64,000 bases of DNA. Source: Myxococcota bacterium. Its GTDB lineage: Bacteria > Myxococcota_A > UBA9160 > UBA4427. A program made the translations under genes and the position numbers. The stretch lies in NCBI GenBank assembly GCA_965250285.1, contig OZ252299.1:3872001-3936000 (forward strand), read 5' to 3'. Below the pieces are notes generated by a model that saw only the letters and a program-made list of their open reading frames with translations, was not told the origin of the DNA and made no database searches. Position 1 is the first letter of the stretch, and every line of letters starts with the position of its first letter. Of the stretch, positions 8,426-17,564 are shown in pieces.

Positions 8426-9220
8426 TCAGAGCGCCGGCTTGGGCATCGTCACCGGGGTCGACACGACACCCCCGTGCACGCCGTAGAGCTCGCCCGTGAC
8501 GTACGAGGCGGCCGGCGAGGCCAGGTACAGCGCGCAGGCCGCGACGTCCTCGGGCGCGCCGAGGCGCCCCATGGGTGTGCGTTCCAGCATCATTCGCTCG
8601 AGATCTTCGTTCATGAAGCCGCGCAGCGCGTCGGTCAGGATCGTGCCGACGTTGATCGCATTCACGCGAATCTTCGGGGCGAAATCCTGCGCGAGCTCAC
8701 GGGTCATGAATGCGAGCGCGGCTTTCGCGGTGCCGTAGGCGACGAAGCCCGGCTGGGCGTGCACGCCCGCCATCGACGAGATGTTCACGATCGCGCCGCT
8801 GCCGCCTTCGGCGACCATCGCCGGCGCGGCCGCCTGCGAGAGCGCGAGGGCCTGGGTCACGTTGAAACGGAAGCACGCGTCGAAGTCGTCGGCCGTGAGC
8901 GTGAGCGAATCGGTGGGGCCCCAACCCCCCGCGTTGTTCACCAGCACATCGAGGCGCCCGAACGTCTCGGCCGTGCGCGCGAGTAGCTCGTCGCGTGATT
9001 CGGCCTCGAGGACATCGCACGGAACCGCGAGGGCCCGCACCCCGCGTTCGCGCACCTGGTCGGCGATCGCTTCGATCGCGTCGACGCTGCGCGCCGACAC
9101 GACGACGTCGGCGCCCGCATCGGCCATCGCGAGCGCCGTCGCCGCGCCGATGCCGCGGCCCGAGCCGGTGACGACTGCGACCGCCCCATCGAGCCTGAAT
9201 CGATCGAGGATGCTGGTCAT
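8426..9220 (-). CDS. Short-chain dehydrogenase/reductase (SDR)
   Basis: TGSGRGIG, NNAG, NISS, YGTAK; start MTSILDRF. Confidence 0.93.
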   Translation of the reverse strand: MTSILDRFRLDGAVAVVTGSGRGIGAATALAMADAGADVVVSARSVDAIEAIADQVRERGVRALAVPCDVLEAESRDELLARTAETFGRLDVLVNNAGGWGPTDSLTLTADDFDACFRFNVTQALALSQAAAPAMVAEGGSGAIVNISSMAGVHAQPGFVAYGTAKAALAFMTRELAQDFAPKIRVNAINVGTILTDALRGFMNEDLERMMLERTPMGRLGAPEDVAACALYLASPAASYVTGELYGVHGGVVSTPVTMPKPAL

Positions 9221-9255
9221 GGATCCCTCTCGTTCGTCGACGCTCGGCGCGCCGC

Positions 9256-10098
9256 TCAGTCGATGTCGCTGGCGTTGTGCCGCTCGGGCACTCGAAGCTC
9301 TTCGGCGCCCCACACCTTGTTGACGCGCTGACCGCGGCGCACCGCCGGACGTTCCTTGATCTCTTCAGCCCACCGCAGCACGTGCTCGTACGACTTCACG
9401 TCGAGAAACTCGGCCGAGTCGTAGAGCTTGCCGAGCACGAGGCCACCGTACCAGGGCCACGTGCTCATGTCGGCGATCGTGTAGTCGTCGCCGGCGAGGA
9501 ATCGGCGGTCAGCGAGATTTCGATCGAGTACGTCGAGCTGGCGCTTGACCTCCATCGCATAGCGGTCGATCGGGTACTCCCACTTCTCGGGGGCGTACGC
9601 ATAGAAGTGGCCGAAACCGCCACCGAGGAAGGGGGTCGCCGCCATCTGCCAGAAGAGCCAGGACATGCACTCGGCGCGGTCGGCGCCGTCTGCGGGCACG
9701 AAGTGGCCGAACTTCTCGGCGAGGTAGAGCAGGATCGCGCCCGATTCGAAGACGCGCGTGGGCAGCGAGGTCGAGTGGTCGACGAGCGCCGGGATCTTCG
9801 AGTTCGGGTTCGCGCCGACGAAGCCGCTGCTGAACTGGTCGCCTGCGTTGATGTTCACGAGCCAGGCATCGTACTCGGCGCCCTTCTCGCCGACAGCGAG
9901 CAGCTCTTCGAGCATGACCGTGACCTTGACGCCATTCGGCGTACCGAGCGAGTAGAGCTGGATCGGGTGCTCACCGATCTGTAGATCTTTCTCGTGGGTC
10001 GCGCCGGCGATGGGTCGATTGATGTTGGCGAAGCGGCCGCCGCTCTCCTTGTTCCAGGTCCAGACGCGCGGCGGGGTGTAATCCGATGAGTCGCTCAT
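9256..10098 (-). CDS. yghU: Glutathione-dependent disulfide-bond oxidoreductase YghU (nu-class GST)
   Basis: YTPPRVWTW...GGRFANINRPIAG, LYSLGTPNGVKV, NPNSKIPAL, FESGAIL, GGGFGHFYAYAPEK. Confidence 0.93.
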   Translation of the reverse strand: MSDSSDYTPPRVWTWNKESGGRFANINRPIAGATHEKDLQIGEHPIQLYSLGTPNGVKVTVMLEELLAVGEKGAEYDAWLVNINAGDQFSSGFVGANPNSKIPALVDHSTSLPTRVFESGAILLYLAEKFGHFVPADGADRAECMSWLFWQMAATPFLGGGFGHFYAYAPEKWEYPIDRYAMEVKRQLDVLDRNLADRRFLAGDDYTIADMSTWPWYGGLVLGKLYDSAEFLDVKSYEHVLRWAEEIKERPAVRRGQRVNKVWGAEELRVPERHNASDID

Positions 10099-10225
10099 GA
10101 TGGTCTCCTCCAGTGGGCCTCTTCGATGACCCGACGGGCCGGGGCGTCACAGGCCGCGCTGGCGCGACCCGGGTGAGTAGTGAGTTCAGCGCGTCTCGTT
10201 CATCGCGTCGGCGGCCGCGACGCGC

Positions 10226-11080
10226 TCATTCACCGAGCCCGTCGATGAAGCCGTCGATTGCCTCGAGGCACACGGCCTCGGTGAGCAGCGGGGCGTGCCC
10301 CACACGGGACACCGTCAGCGTGGCGAGGTCGGGCTTCTCTTGCTGCATGCGGTCGAGGGTGGCTGCCGCGAGGATGTCGGACGTCTCTCCGCGCACGGCG
10401 AGACCCGGCACCTGGGCGAGCGCTGGCCAGAGCCCCCACAGGTCAGCGGGGGCCGCGCCGCCCGACTCGCGGAACGGCTCGGAGATGCGCGGATCGTAGT
10501 CGGGGCGCAGGCGCCCATCGTCGCCGAGCGCGTAGGTGCGTTCGGCCATCTTGCGCCAGTCGGCCTCGTCGAAGTCGGGAAAGACGACGTCGTTCGTCTC
10601 GCGAACCGCCTTCGTCGCCTCCTCCCACGTCGATGCTTCGCCGCCCTGACCGACGTAGCTCTGAATCCGCGCGAGGCCGCGGGCGTCGATCTCGGGGCCG
10701 ATGTCGTTCAGCACGACGCCCGCGACGACGTCGGGCCTCGCCGACGCGAGCATCATGGCGAGCAAGCCGCCGAGCGAGGTGCCGATCACGACGACCCGGG
10801 GAGCGGCTGCGGCATCGAGCAGCGCCAGCACATCGCCCAGATAGGTCGTCGGCATGTAGTTCGCCGGCGTGGGATCCCAGGCCGACCGGCCGCGTCCGCG
10901 CAGGTCGGGCGACAGCACGCGACGCCGACCGTCGAGGTGCGCCGAGAGATCGTCGAAGTCACGGCTGTTGCGGGTGAGACCCGGCAGGCAGAGCACCGGG
11001 ACCCGACCTGCGGGGCCCGCGCGGTCGCGATAGAAGAGCTCGAGCCCGTCGTTCGAGGCGTAGGTTCGTTCGTTCACCAT
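10226..11080 (-). CDS. Alpha/beta hydrolase
   Basis: LPGLTRNSRDF, DLRGRGRS, GTSLGG nucleophile elbow, NDIGP, GHAP. Confidence 0.92.
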   Translation of the reverse strand: MVNERTYASNDGLELFYRDRAGPAGRVPVLCLPGLTRNSRDFDDLSAHLDGRRRVLSPDLRGRGRSAWDPTPANYMPTTYLGDVLALLDAAAAPRVVVIGTSLGGLLAMMLASARPDVVAGVVLNDIGPEIDARGLARIQSYVGQGGEASTWEEATKAVRETNDVVFPDFDEADWRKMAERTYALGDDGRLRPDYDPRISEPFRESGGAAPADLWGLWPALAQVPGLAVRGETSDILAAATLDRMQQEKPDLATLTVSRVGHAPLLTEAVCLEAIDGFIDGLGE

Positions 11081-11115
11081 GGGAGGAGCATACGCCAGGG
11101 CCGCTTGCGGCGCGC

Positions 11116-12006
11116 TCAGGCCTTGGGGCGCTCGGTGCCGAGGATCGAGACCCGACCTCCGACACGTCGATGCGGAAAGTAGTCCCAGAGCGCGTGGTGC
11201 TGCGTGCAGCGGTTGTCCCAGAACGTCAGCGTGTTCGGCGTCCACCGTACCCGGCATGTGATCTTCGGGTTGCTCTCGATGTGACGGAACAGCATGTCGA
11301 GCATCGAGCGGCTCTCGGCGCTCGAGAGTCCGACGATCTTCGTCGTGAAGCCGCTGTTCACGTACAGCAGCTTTCGACCGGTCTCCGGGTGGCGCACGAC
11401 GATCGGATGCTCGGCCTTCGGGTCGCCTTCGGGGTCTTCGACGCCGAGCCCGAGCTCGCGCTGCTCCTTGTACGGACCCGCGCCATCGTGGATCGCCGTC
11501 AGGTCGTCGAGGAAGGACTTCATCTTCTGCGACAGCAGCTCGTAGGCCATGTACATGTCGGCGTAGAGCGTGTCTCCGCCACCGACGGCCGGACACTCAC
11601 GGATGTAGAGCATCGAGCCGAGGGGCGGCATGTCGTCGCACGTCACGTCCGAGTGCCAACCGTCGCCCGGCGTGAAGGGAGAGTGCTCGTTGGTCACCAC
11701 GGGCAGGATCTCGGGGTACTCGAGGTCGGCCCCGCGCAGCTGCGGGTGCACGTGCAGCTCACCGAAGTACGCGCCGAGTCGCTTGTGTTCGGCGGGTGAG
11801 AGATCCTGGTCGGGAAAGACCAGCACCATCCAATCGAGCCAGGCCCGGCGGAGCTCCTTCAGCTGCACGTCGGACAGCGGCTGCGAGAGATCGAGCCCAC
11901 GCACCTCGGCGCCGATGTGCGGGGTGAGCGTGGTCAGCTCGAAGCCGTCGTAGTCGAGGTCGCGCTCGGGGGCGGGGACGTGGTCGGGCTTGTGTTCGAG
12001 GGCCAT
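11116..12006 (-). CDS. TauD/TfdA-family Fe(II)/2-oxoglutarate dioxygenase
   Basis: WHSDVT (HxD), GGDT, HPIVVRHPETGRK, WDNRCTQH. Confidence 0.93.
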   Translation of the reverse strand: MALEHKPDHVPAPERDLDYDGFELTTLTPHIGAEVRGLDLSQPLSDVQLKELRRAWLDWMVLVFPDQDLSPAEHKRLGAYFGELHVHPQLRGADLEYPEILPVVTNEHSPFTPGDGWHSDVTCDDMPPLGSMLYIRECPAVGGGDTLYADMYMAYELLSQKMKSFLDDLTAIHDGAGPYKEQRELGLGVEDPEGDPKAEHPIVVRHPETGRKLLYVNSGFTTKIVGLSSAESRSMLDMLFRHIESNPKITCRVRWTPNTLTFWDNRCTQHHALWDYFPHRRVGGRVSILGTERPKA

Positions 12007-12090
12007 GGGGCATCTCCTGGCATCGTCCGCGAGTCTAGCCCGTCGGCAAAGGCGGCGACGCGATTGCATGCGCCCCCCGCGCGCGCCCCT

Positions 12091-12411
12091 TCAACCCTCG
12101 ACCGCGACGAGGACATCATCGCCCTCGATCCGCACCGGGTAGCTCTCGATCGGCTGGGTCGCGGGCGGGCGCAGCACACGGCCGTCGCGCACGTCGAACG
12201 CGGCGCCGTGCAGCGGGCACAGGATGCGATGGCCGCGAAGTCGTCCCTCGCTCATCTTGGCATCGGCGTGCGAGCAGGTGTTGTCGACGGCGAAGAAGCC
12301 TTCATCGAGGTGGCAGATGACCAGCATCCGTCCCTCGACTTCGACACAGCGCATCTCGCCCACACCGATCTCGGCCTTTGACGCAACGCGCCGATACGTG
12401 GGTTGGGCCAA
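12091..12411 (-). CDS. Rieske [2Fe-2S] ferredoxin
   Basis: CSH...CPLHGAAFD; GAGG RBS with TTG start; immediately downstream of a Rieske oxygenase. Confidence 0.92.
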   Translation of the reverse strand: MAQPTYRRVASKAEIGVGEMRCVEVEGRMLVICHLDEGFFAVDNTCSHADAKMSEGRLRGHRILCPLHGAAFDVRDGRVLRPPATQPIESYPVRIEGDDVLVAVEG

Positions 12412-12437
12412 CGGGGCCTCCTCTCGCGCCGGCGGGC

Positions 12438-13769
12438 TCAGCGCTCGAGAAACTCGTCGAGGGTCAGGTTGAGCCGGCGCAGGCGCGACTCCTGGTAGTT
12501 GCCGAGCGTGCCGCTACCCCGGCGGTTGATCTTGAACCCCTTCTGCTGTGCATCGAGATTGCTCGTATCCTGATCGTAGACCGGCGCGAGCCAGCCGAGC
12601 CCTTCGGCCTCGGTGTACGACTGATCCATGTCGAGGCGAATCGGGTCGGGCGGGAGCGGGGCCTCGGCGCCCTCGGGCAGCGGTTCGAGCAGCAGCACGT
12701 CGAAGATGCACTTGTCGACGGCGTCTTCGTACGGCCGGAAGCGGTACACCATCGGGATCAGCACGCCGGCGAACAGGAACATGTTCGGAAAGAGGTGATA
12801 CTCGATCGAGTCCTGCATCACCGGGTCGCTGACGTCGGAAAGATCGACTCCGATCCGCTCGCCCAGCTGCTCACGAAGCCCCTCGGCGCTCGCGGCGCGC
12901 GATGCGGCGCTGTCTTCGAGCGGGGGCTGATCGCGAAACCGATCGGTCTGGTAGTCGTCGAGCGCCGCGGCGCTGTGATACCAGAACGTGTGGATGAAGC
13001 GCGACACGTACTTGCCGAAGATGTCGTACTGGGCGTTCGCACCGTTCGGCGCGTTGTGCGTCTCGACGTTGTGGTACGCCTCCATGAACGCCTCCTGCGC
13101 CGCCTTCCAGTTGGCGGGCAGGATCTTCTCGACGTGCACCGTGATGTGCCGCCGCTCGAGCGGAAAGTGCGCGAAGTGATCGGGCAGTACATCGAGCACG
13201 TCGCGCAGGGGCCCCGCATCGGGGTCCATGTTGATGAAGACGAAGCCACCCCACTGCTCGCAGCGCACCTCCTGCAGGCGGTGGGTGTCGTCGCTGACGT
13301 GCGGGAAGTCCCAGCGGGCGGGAATGTTGCGGATCGAGCCATCGAGATTCCACGACCAGCCGTGAAATGGACACGTGAACTGAGCGCAGTAGCCCGCCCC
13401 CTCCCCGCCGAGCAGCTTCGTCCCGCGATGCATACAGCTGTTGAGGAAGGCCTGGATCCGATCCTCTGCCGTTCGCACGACGATCACCGAGTAGGGACCG
13501 ACCTCGTAGACGTAGTGATCGCCCGGTTCGGGGATGTGCTCTTCGCGACAGGCCCACTGCCAGGCACGGGGCCACAGCCGCTCGATCTCGCGGTCGAAGA
13601 ATGCGCGCGAGGTGTAGCGGCTGAAGTCGATGTCTTCGTCGCCGAGGTACTCAGGTCGCTCTTCGAGCAGCGGAGCCGGTCCCGGCTTGCGGTCGGCGCG
13701 CAGAATGTCGGCGACGGACGGCCCCTTCGCGCGGGCATCGCCGGGTGCAGCTCGCTCGGTTCGCTTCAT
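12438..13769 (-). CDS. Rieske non-heme iron oxygenase, alpha subunit
   Basis: CMHRG...CPFHGW Rieske ligands; NWK...EAYHNVETH and DQD mononuclear Fe ligands; start MKRTER. Confidence 0.92.
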   Translation of the reverse strand: MKRTERAAPGDARAKGPSVADILRADRKPGPAPLLEERPEYLGDEDIDFSRYTSRAFFDREIERLWPRAWQWACREEHIPEPGDHYVYEVGPYSVIVVRTAEDRIQAFLNSCMHRGTKLLGGEGAGYCAQFTCPFHGWSWNLDGSIRNIPARWDFPHVSDDTHRLQEVRCEQWGGFVFINMDPDAGPLRDVLDVLPDHFAHFPLERRHITVHVEKILPANWKAAQEAFMEAYHNVETHNAPNGANAQYDIFGKYVSRFIHTFWYHSAAALDDYQTDRFRDQPPLEDSAASRAASAEGLREQLGERIGVDLSDVSDPVMQDSIEYHLFPNMFLFAGVLIPMVYRFRPYEDAVDKCIFDVLLLEPLPEGAEAPLPPDPIRLDMDQSYTEAEGLGWLAPVYDQDTSNLDAQQKGFKINRRGSGTLGNYQESRLRRLNLTLDEFLER

Positions 13770-13925
13770 GTCGCCTGACCTGTCTGCCGACTCGCCGGCG
13801 GGCACCGGCAGCGGCGTGCGAGACGCCAGATTATCGCATGGATTTCGCACACGAGACCATGCCTGCCACGCGCGGGGCGTGTCATCCTGCAACCCAACGA
13901 GACCCTCGACGACGGGTGAGGACAC

Positions 13926-14453
13926 ATGAATCGAGAGATCGGAAAGACGCCCAGCCTCGAAGCCATCGCGGATCGCATGGCGATCGAAGAAGTGATCCAC
14001 ACGCATAGCCGGGGAATCGACCGTTGCGATCGTGCCTGTATCGAATCCGCCTACTGGCCCGAGGCCGAGGTGGCCTACGGCGCGTTCGACGGGCGAGCCC
14101 ACGACTTCGCGGCCATGGTCGTGCAGGCGCTGCAGGGCGGCTACGAGCTCACGCAGCACTGCGTCGGAAACGTGCTGATCGAGCTCGACGGCCACCAGGC
14201 GAGAAGCGAGACCTACGTGTCGGCGTACCACCTGCAGAACGGCGCCACCGAAGAGATGTACTTCTCGGGCCGCTATCTGGATCGTCACGAGAAGCGGGAC
14301 GATGCCTGGAAGATCATCCATCGCACGGTCGTGATGGACTGGAGCCGTCAGTGGCCGGTCGTCGACGAGCGTGACAACCCGCTCTTTGCTGGATTCGCGA
14401 AGGGCGCGCGTCTCGACGACGACCCGCTTCACGCTTTCTTGAACCGAGACTGA
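13926..14453 (+). CDS. SnoaL/NTF2-like protein (SnoaL_4, LinA/BaiE-like)
   Basis: RGIDRCD, TQHCVGN, GRYLDR..KRD..WKI.HR. Confidence 0.88.
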   Translation: MNREIGKTPSLEAIADRMAIEEVIHTHSRGIDRCDRACIESAYWPEAEVAYGAFDGRAHDFAAMVVQALQGGYELTQHCVGNVLIELDGHQARSETYVSAYHLQNGATEEMYFSGRYLDRHEKRDDAWKIIHRTVVMDWSRQWPVVDERDNPLFAGFAKGARLDDDPLHAFLNRD

Positions 14454-14460
14454 GCCTCAG

Positions 14461-15000
14461 GTGACCCGCATGCCGAACGACCCGATCGACACGCTGCTTG
14501 CGAAGCAGGACATCTACGAGCTCTCTTGCCGATACATGCGTGGACTGGACCGCCTCGACGCCGACCTGATCAAGTCGGTGTTCACCGAAGACGCCTGGTG
14601 CGAGTACGGCATGTTCGACGGCCACGCCGCCGAGTTCGCCGACTTCGCCATGATGGCCCTCGGTGCACACGTCGCCAATCATCACATGATCGGCAACACC
14701 CTGATCGATGTCGAAGGCGAAGAGGCGTTCGGCGAGGTCTACTTCAACGCCTACCACAAGGTGCCCGCGCCCTCGGGCGATGGCTTCGAAGACCTCGTGA
14801 TCGCCGGGCGCTATATCGACCGGTACGAGCGCCGAGACGAGGTGTGGAAGATCGCCTATCGCAGCGAGCGCAACGACTGGTCGCGGACATCGCCCACCCA
14901 CGAGCCGTTCTTCGAGATGATGCCGAACACGCTGCGCGGCGGACGCCGCGACGATGCCGTCTACGAGCGAGCGAACCGGCGCCGCCCGGGCGAGCGCTGA
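14461..15000 (+). CDS. SnoaL/NTF2-like protein (paralog of 13926..14453)
   Basis: RGLDRLD, NHHMIGN, GRYIDRYERRD..WKIAYR; alternative ATG at 14470. Confidence 0.88.
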   Translation: MTRMPNDPIDTLLAKQDIYELSCRYMRGLDRLDADLIKSVFTEDAWCEYGMFDGHAAEFADFAMMALGAHVANHHMIGNTLIDVEGEEAFGEVYFNAYHKVPAPSGDGFEDLVIAGRYIDRYERRDEVWKIAYRSERNDWSRTSPTHEPFFEMMPNTLRGGRRDDAVYERANRRRPGER

Positions 15001-15008
15001 CTCGCCGG

Positions 15009-15842
15009 TCAGCTCGCGCGTTCGCGCTGACCGCCGTGCAGGATCACCTCGGGCGCGCTGCCGTGGAACGCCTGTGAAGCACCGCCGGTCGTCTGCCCTG
15101 CGTCGGCGACGAGGGTCTGGCCGGTGATGTAGCGGGCGTCGTCGCTGAGGAGGAAGAGGATCGACTGCGCGATGTCGCCGGGGTGCCCCGCAATGCCCAG
15201 CGGCGACATGCTCGCGATCGCACGGTCGGCCTTGTCGTGCGCGTCGGGATCGCCTGCGATCAACGCGCTCGTCATGTCGGTCACGGTGTTGCCCGGCGCC
15301 ACGGCGTTGACGCGGATACCGAGCGGCGCCATCTCGCACGCAGCCGACTTCGTGAGACCGACCACGCCGTGCTTGGCCATCGTATAGACGTGCGGGCCAA
15401 GGCCACCCGTGATGCCCGCCGTGCTCGCCACCGAGACGATGGCGCCCTGCCCCGCTTCACGCATCGCCCGGCCCGCGTGCTTGATGCCGAGAAACACCGC
15501 GCGCGACAGGATCGCCATCGTGCGGTCATACGCCTCGGCGCTCGTCTCCATGATCGAACCGACTGCGCCGATGATGCCGGCATTGTTGACCATGCCCTGC
15601 AGCCCACCGAAGCTGCGCTGGGCCGTCGCAACGGCCTCGGCAATGTCGTCTTCGATGCACACGTCGGCACGGCAGAAGACGGCGGCCGAGCCCAGCTCGC
15701 TCGCCAGCGCCTCGCCCTTTTCGTGCTGGAGGTCGGCGATCACCACTCGGCCGCCCTCCGCGACGACTGCGCGCGCCGTTGCCTCACCGATGCCGCTCGC
15801 CGCGCCCGTGACGACGACGCTTCGCCCTTCGAATCGACCCAT
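15009..15842 (-). CDS. SDR oxidoreductase
   Basis: TGAASGIG, NNAG, YTMAK; GGAG RBS before MGRFEG. Confidence 0.93.
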   Translation of the reverse strand: MGRFEGRSVVVTGAASGIGEATARAVVAEGGRVVIADLQHEKGEALASELGSAAVFCRADVCIEDDIAEAVATAQRSFGGLQGMVNNAGIIGAVGSIMETSAEAYDRTMAILSRAVFLGIKHAGRAMREAGQGAIVSVASTAGITGGLGPHVYTMAKHGVVGLTKSAACEMAPLGIRVNAVAPGNTVTDMTSALIAGDPDAHDKADRAIASMSPLGIAGHPGDIAQSILFLLSDDARYITGQTLVADAGQTTGGASQAFHGSAPEVILHGGQRERAS

Positions 15843-15975
15843 CGAATTTCTCCAGTCTGGGGACCGAGACGAGTCGAGACGCCGCTCGCACCCGGGTGGC
15901 GATGGACGGTAGCAGCCCGCCCGGGCCCGAACGCCACAGTCGCCCCGCGGCCAGTGGTATCGTCGTGGTGAAGCG

Positions 15976-17457
15976 ATGAGCCCTCCTGCGCCCGACTCGC
16001 CGCCCGACGCGAACCCCCCGACGCCCGCCCCGCTGTCTCGAAGCCTGGTGGTCGCGTACGGCAGTGGCCAGGCATCCGAAGGCATCGCGAACTACCTGCT
16101 GTCGACGTTGCTCCTCTTCTACTACACGTCGATCCTCGGCCTCGACGGGCGTCTGGCCGGCCTCGCCTTGCTTCTCGGCCTCGTGTTCGACGCGATCACC
16201 GACCCGCTGGTCGCCGTTGCGAGCGATCGGACGCAGTCGCGCTGGGGCCGTCGTCATCCCTACATGTTCGCTGCAGCGCTGCCACTCGCCGCGGGGCTGA
16301 TCCTCGCCTTTCGCCCGCCAGCCGAGGTGGGCGAGCAGGCCGGCCTCTTCGTCTGGCTGCTCGTGATGGTCGTCGGGATCAGGTCGGCGACGACACTCTT
16401 CCACGTGCCGCACATGGCGCTCGGCGCCGAGCTCAGCACCGACTACGACGAGCGTACGCGGGTCGTCACCGCGCGCGCCATGGCGAGCATGTTCGGCATG
16501 GCCGCCATCATCACGCTCTACTTCGGGTTGCTCGCGCTGTACGAGTCGCCCGAGTACGCCGACGTGCGTCTCAACCCCCTGCCCTACGAGCTGCACAGCC
16601 TCATCGCCGGGCTCGCCGCCGCCGGCTTCGTGCTGATCTCGACGTTCGGGTCGGCGCGCGCGATTCCCTGGCTCACGCATCCGGACGACGACGATGGTTC
16701 GAAGTCGCTCTTCGGTCGCGCACTGCGCGACATGTCCGACACGCTTCGCATCCCGGCCTTTCGCACGCTCGTCGTCGGATTCACTCTGTGCTCGCTCAGC
16801 TGGGGCTTCTCGAGTGCGATCTCGACGCATCTCGCGCTGTACTTCTGGCACGTGAGCATGGAGGTCCAGGGCATCGCCGGCGCAAGCCTGATGATCGGGA
16901 TCGTCGTGGGGATGGCGTTCTGGCGGCGCGTCGCCGAGCGGACCGACAAGAAGCCGGCGTTCGTTCTCGGCATGCTCTGGTACACGGTGTTCGCCGCGTT
17001 CGCGCCGATCGCCAAGGCGATGGGCCTCTTCCCGCCCGAGCACACGACTGCACACACGGTCGCCTACACGACCATCTCGGTCCTCGCCGCGTTCGGCGTC
17101 GCCTCGATGCTCGCGCTCTCGGGATCGATGATGGCCGACGTGACCGATGAGGACGAGCTCGCATCGGGCCGCCGACGCGAGGGCATCTTCTTCGGCGCGC
17201 ACTCGTTCGCGACCAAGCTCGCCTACGGCCTCGGGGCCGCACTCGGCGGCTTCCTCTACGAGCTCGTCGGCCTCACCCAGGGCGTGGCACCGGCCGACGC
17301 GCCCGAAGGCTCGGGCCTGCGACTCGGGCTCGCGGGGGGCTGCCTCATCGCGCTGATGATCGGCGCGGGCACCCTCACCTTCTTTCGCTACGACCTCGAC
17401 CGGAGCCGCCACGCTGCGGTCCGTGCCGAGCTCGACGCGCGCATCTCCGAGACGTGA
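15976..17457 (+). CDS. MFS transporter, glycoside-pentoside-hexuronide (GPH) family
   Basis: DAITDPL..SDRT.SRWGRRHPY, ELSTDYDERT, MMADVTD...RREG; about 12 TM. Confidence 0.92.
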   Translation: MSPPAPDSPPDANPPTPAPLSRSLVVAYGSGQASEGIANYLLSTLLLFYYTSILGLDGRLAGLALLLGLVFDAITDPLVAVASDRTQSRWGRRHPYMFAAALPLAAGLILAFRPPAEVGEQAGLFVWLLVMVVGIRSATTLFHVPHMALGAELSTDYDERTRVVTARAMASMFGMAAIITLYFGLLALYESPEYADVRLNPLPYELHSLIAGLAAAGFVLISTFGSARAIPWLTHPDDDDGSKSLFGRALRDMSDTLRIPAFRTLVVGFTLCSLSWGFSSAISTHLALYFWHVSMEVQGIAGASLMIGIVVGMAFWRRVAERTDKKPAFVLGMLWYTVFAAFAPIAKAMGLFPPEHTTAHTVAYTTISVLAAFGVASMLALSGSMMADVTDEDELASGRRREGIFFGAHSFATKLAYGLGAALGGFLYELVGLTQGVAPADAPEGSGLRLGLAGGCLIALMIGAGTLTFFRYDLDRSRHAAVRAELDARISET

Positions 17458-17564
17458 AGCCGCGCCTTCGATGTCGCTCACACCGAGTGAAGCGGTACCA
17501 TCGCGGGTCCGTCGCGTCGCCTGGTGCCCGCGCGCTGTGCCCGAACAGAGAGATGCTGGAGCCG

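Noticed and set aside
10173..10188. GTGAGTAGTGAGTTCA upstream of yghU as a third operator site
   Set aside because: It is a short direct repeat that does not fit the 17-bp palindrome. Too weak to claim.
13770..14432. N-terminal extension of the Rieske oxygenase to 14432
   Set aside because: It overlaps the SnoaL gene on the opposite strand. Family-like sequence starts at 13769.
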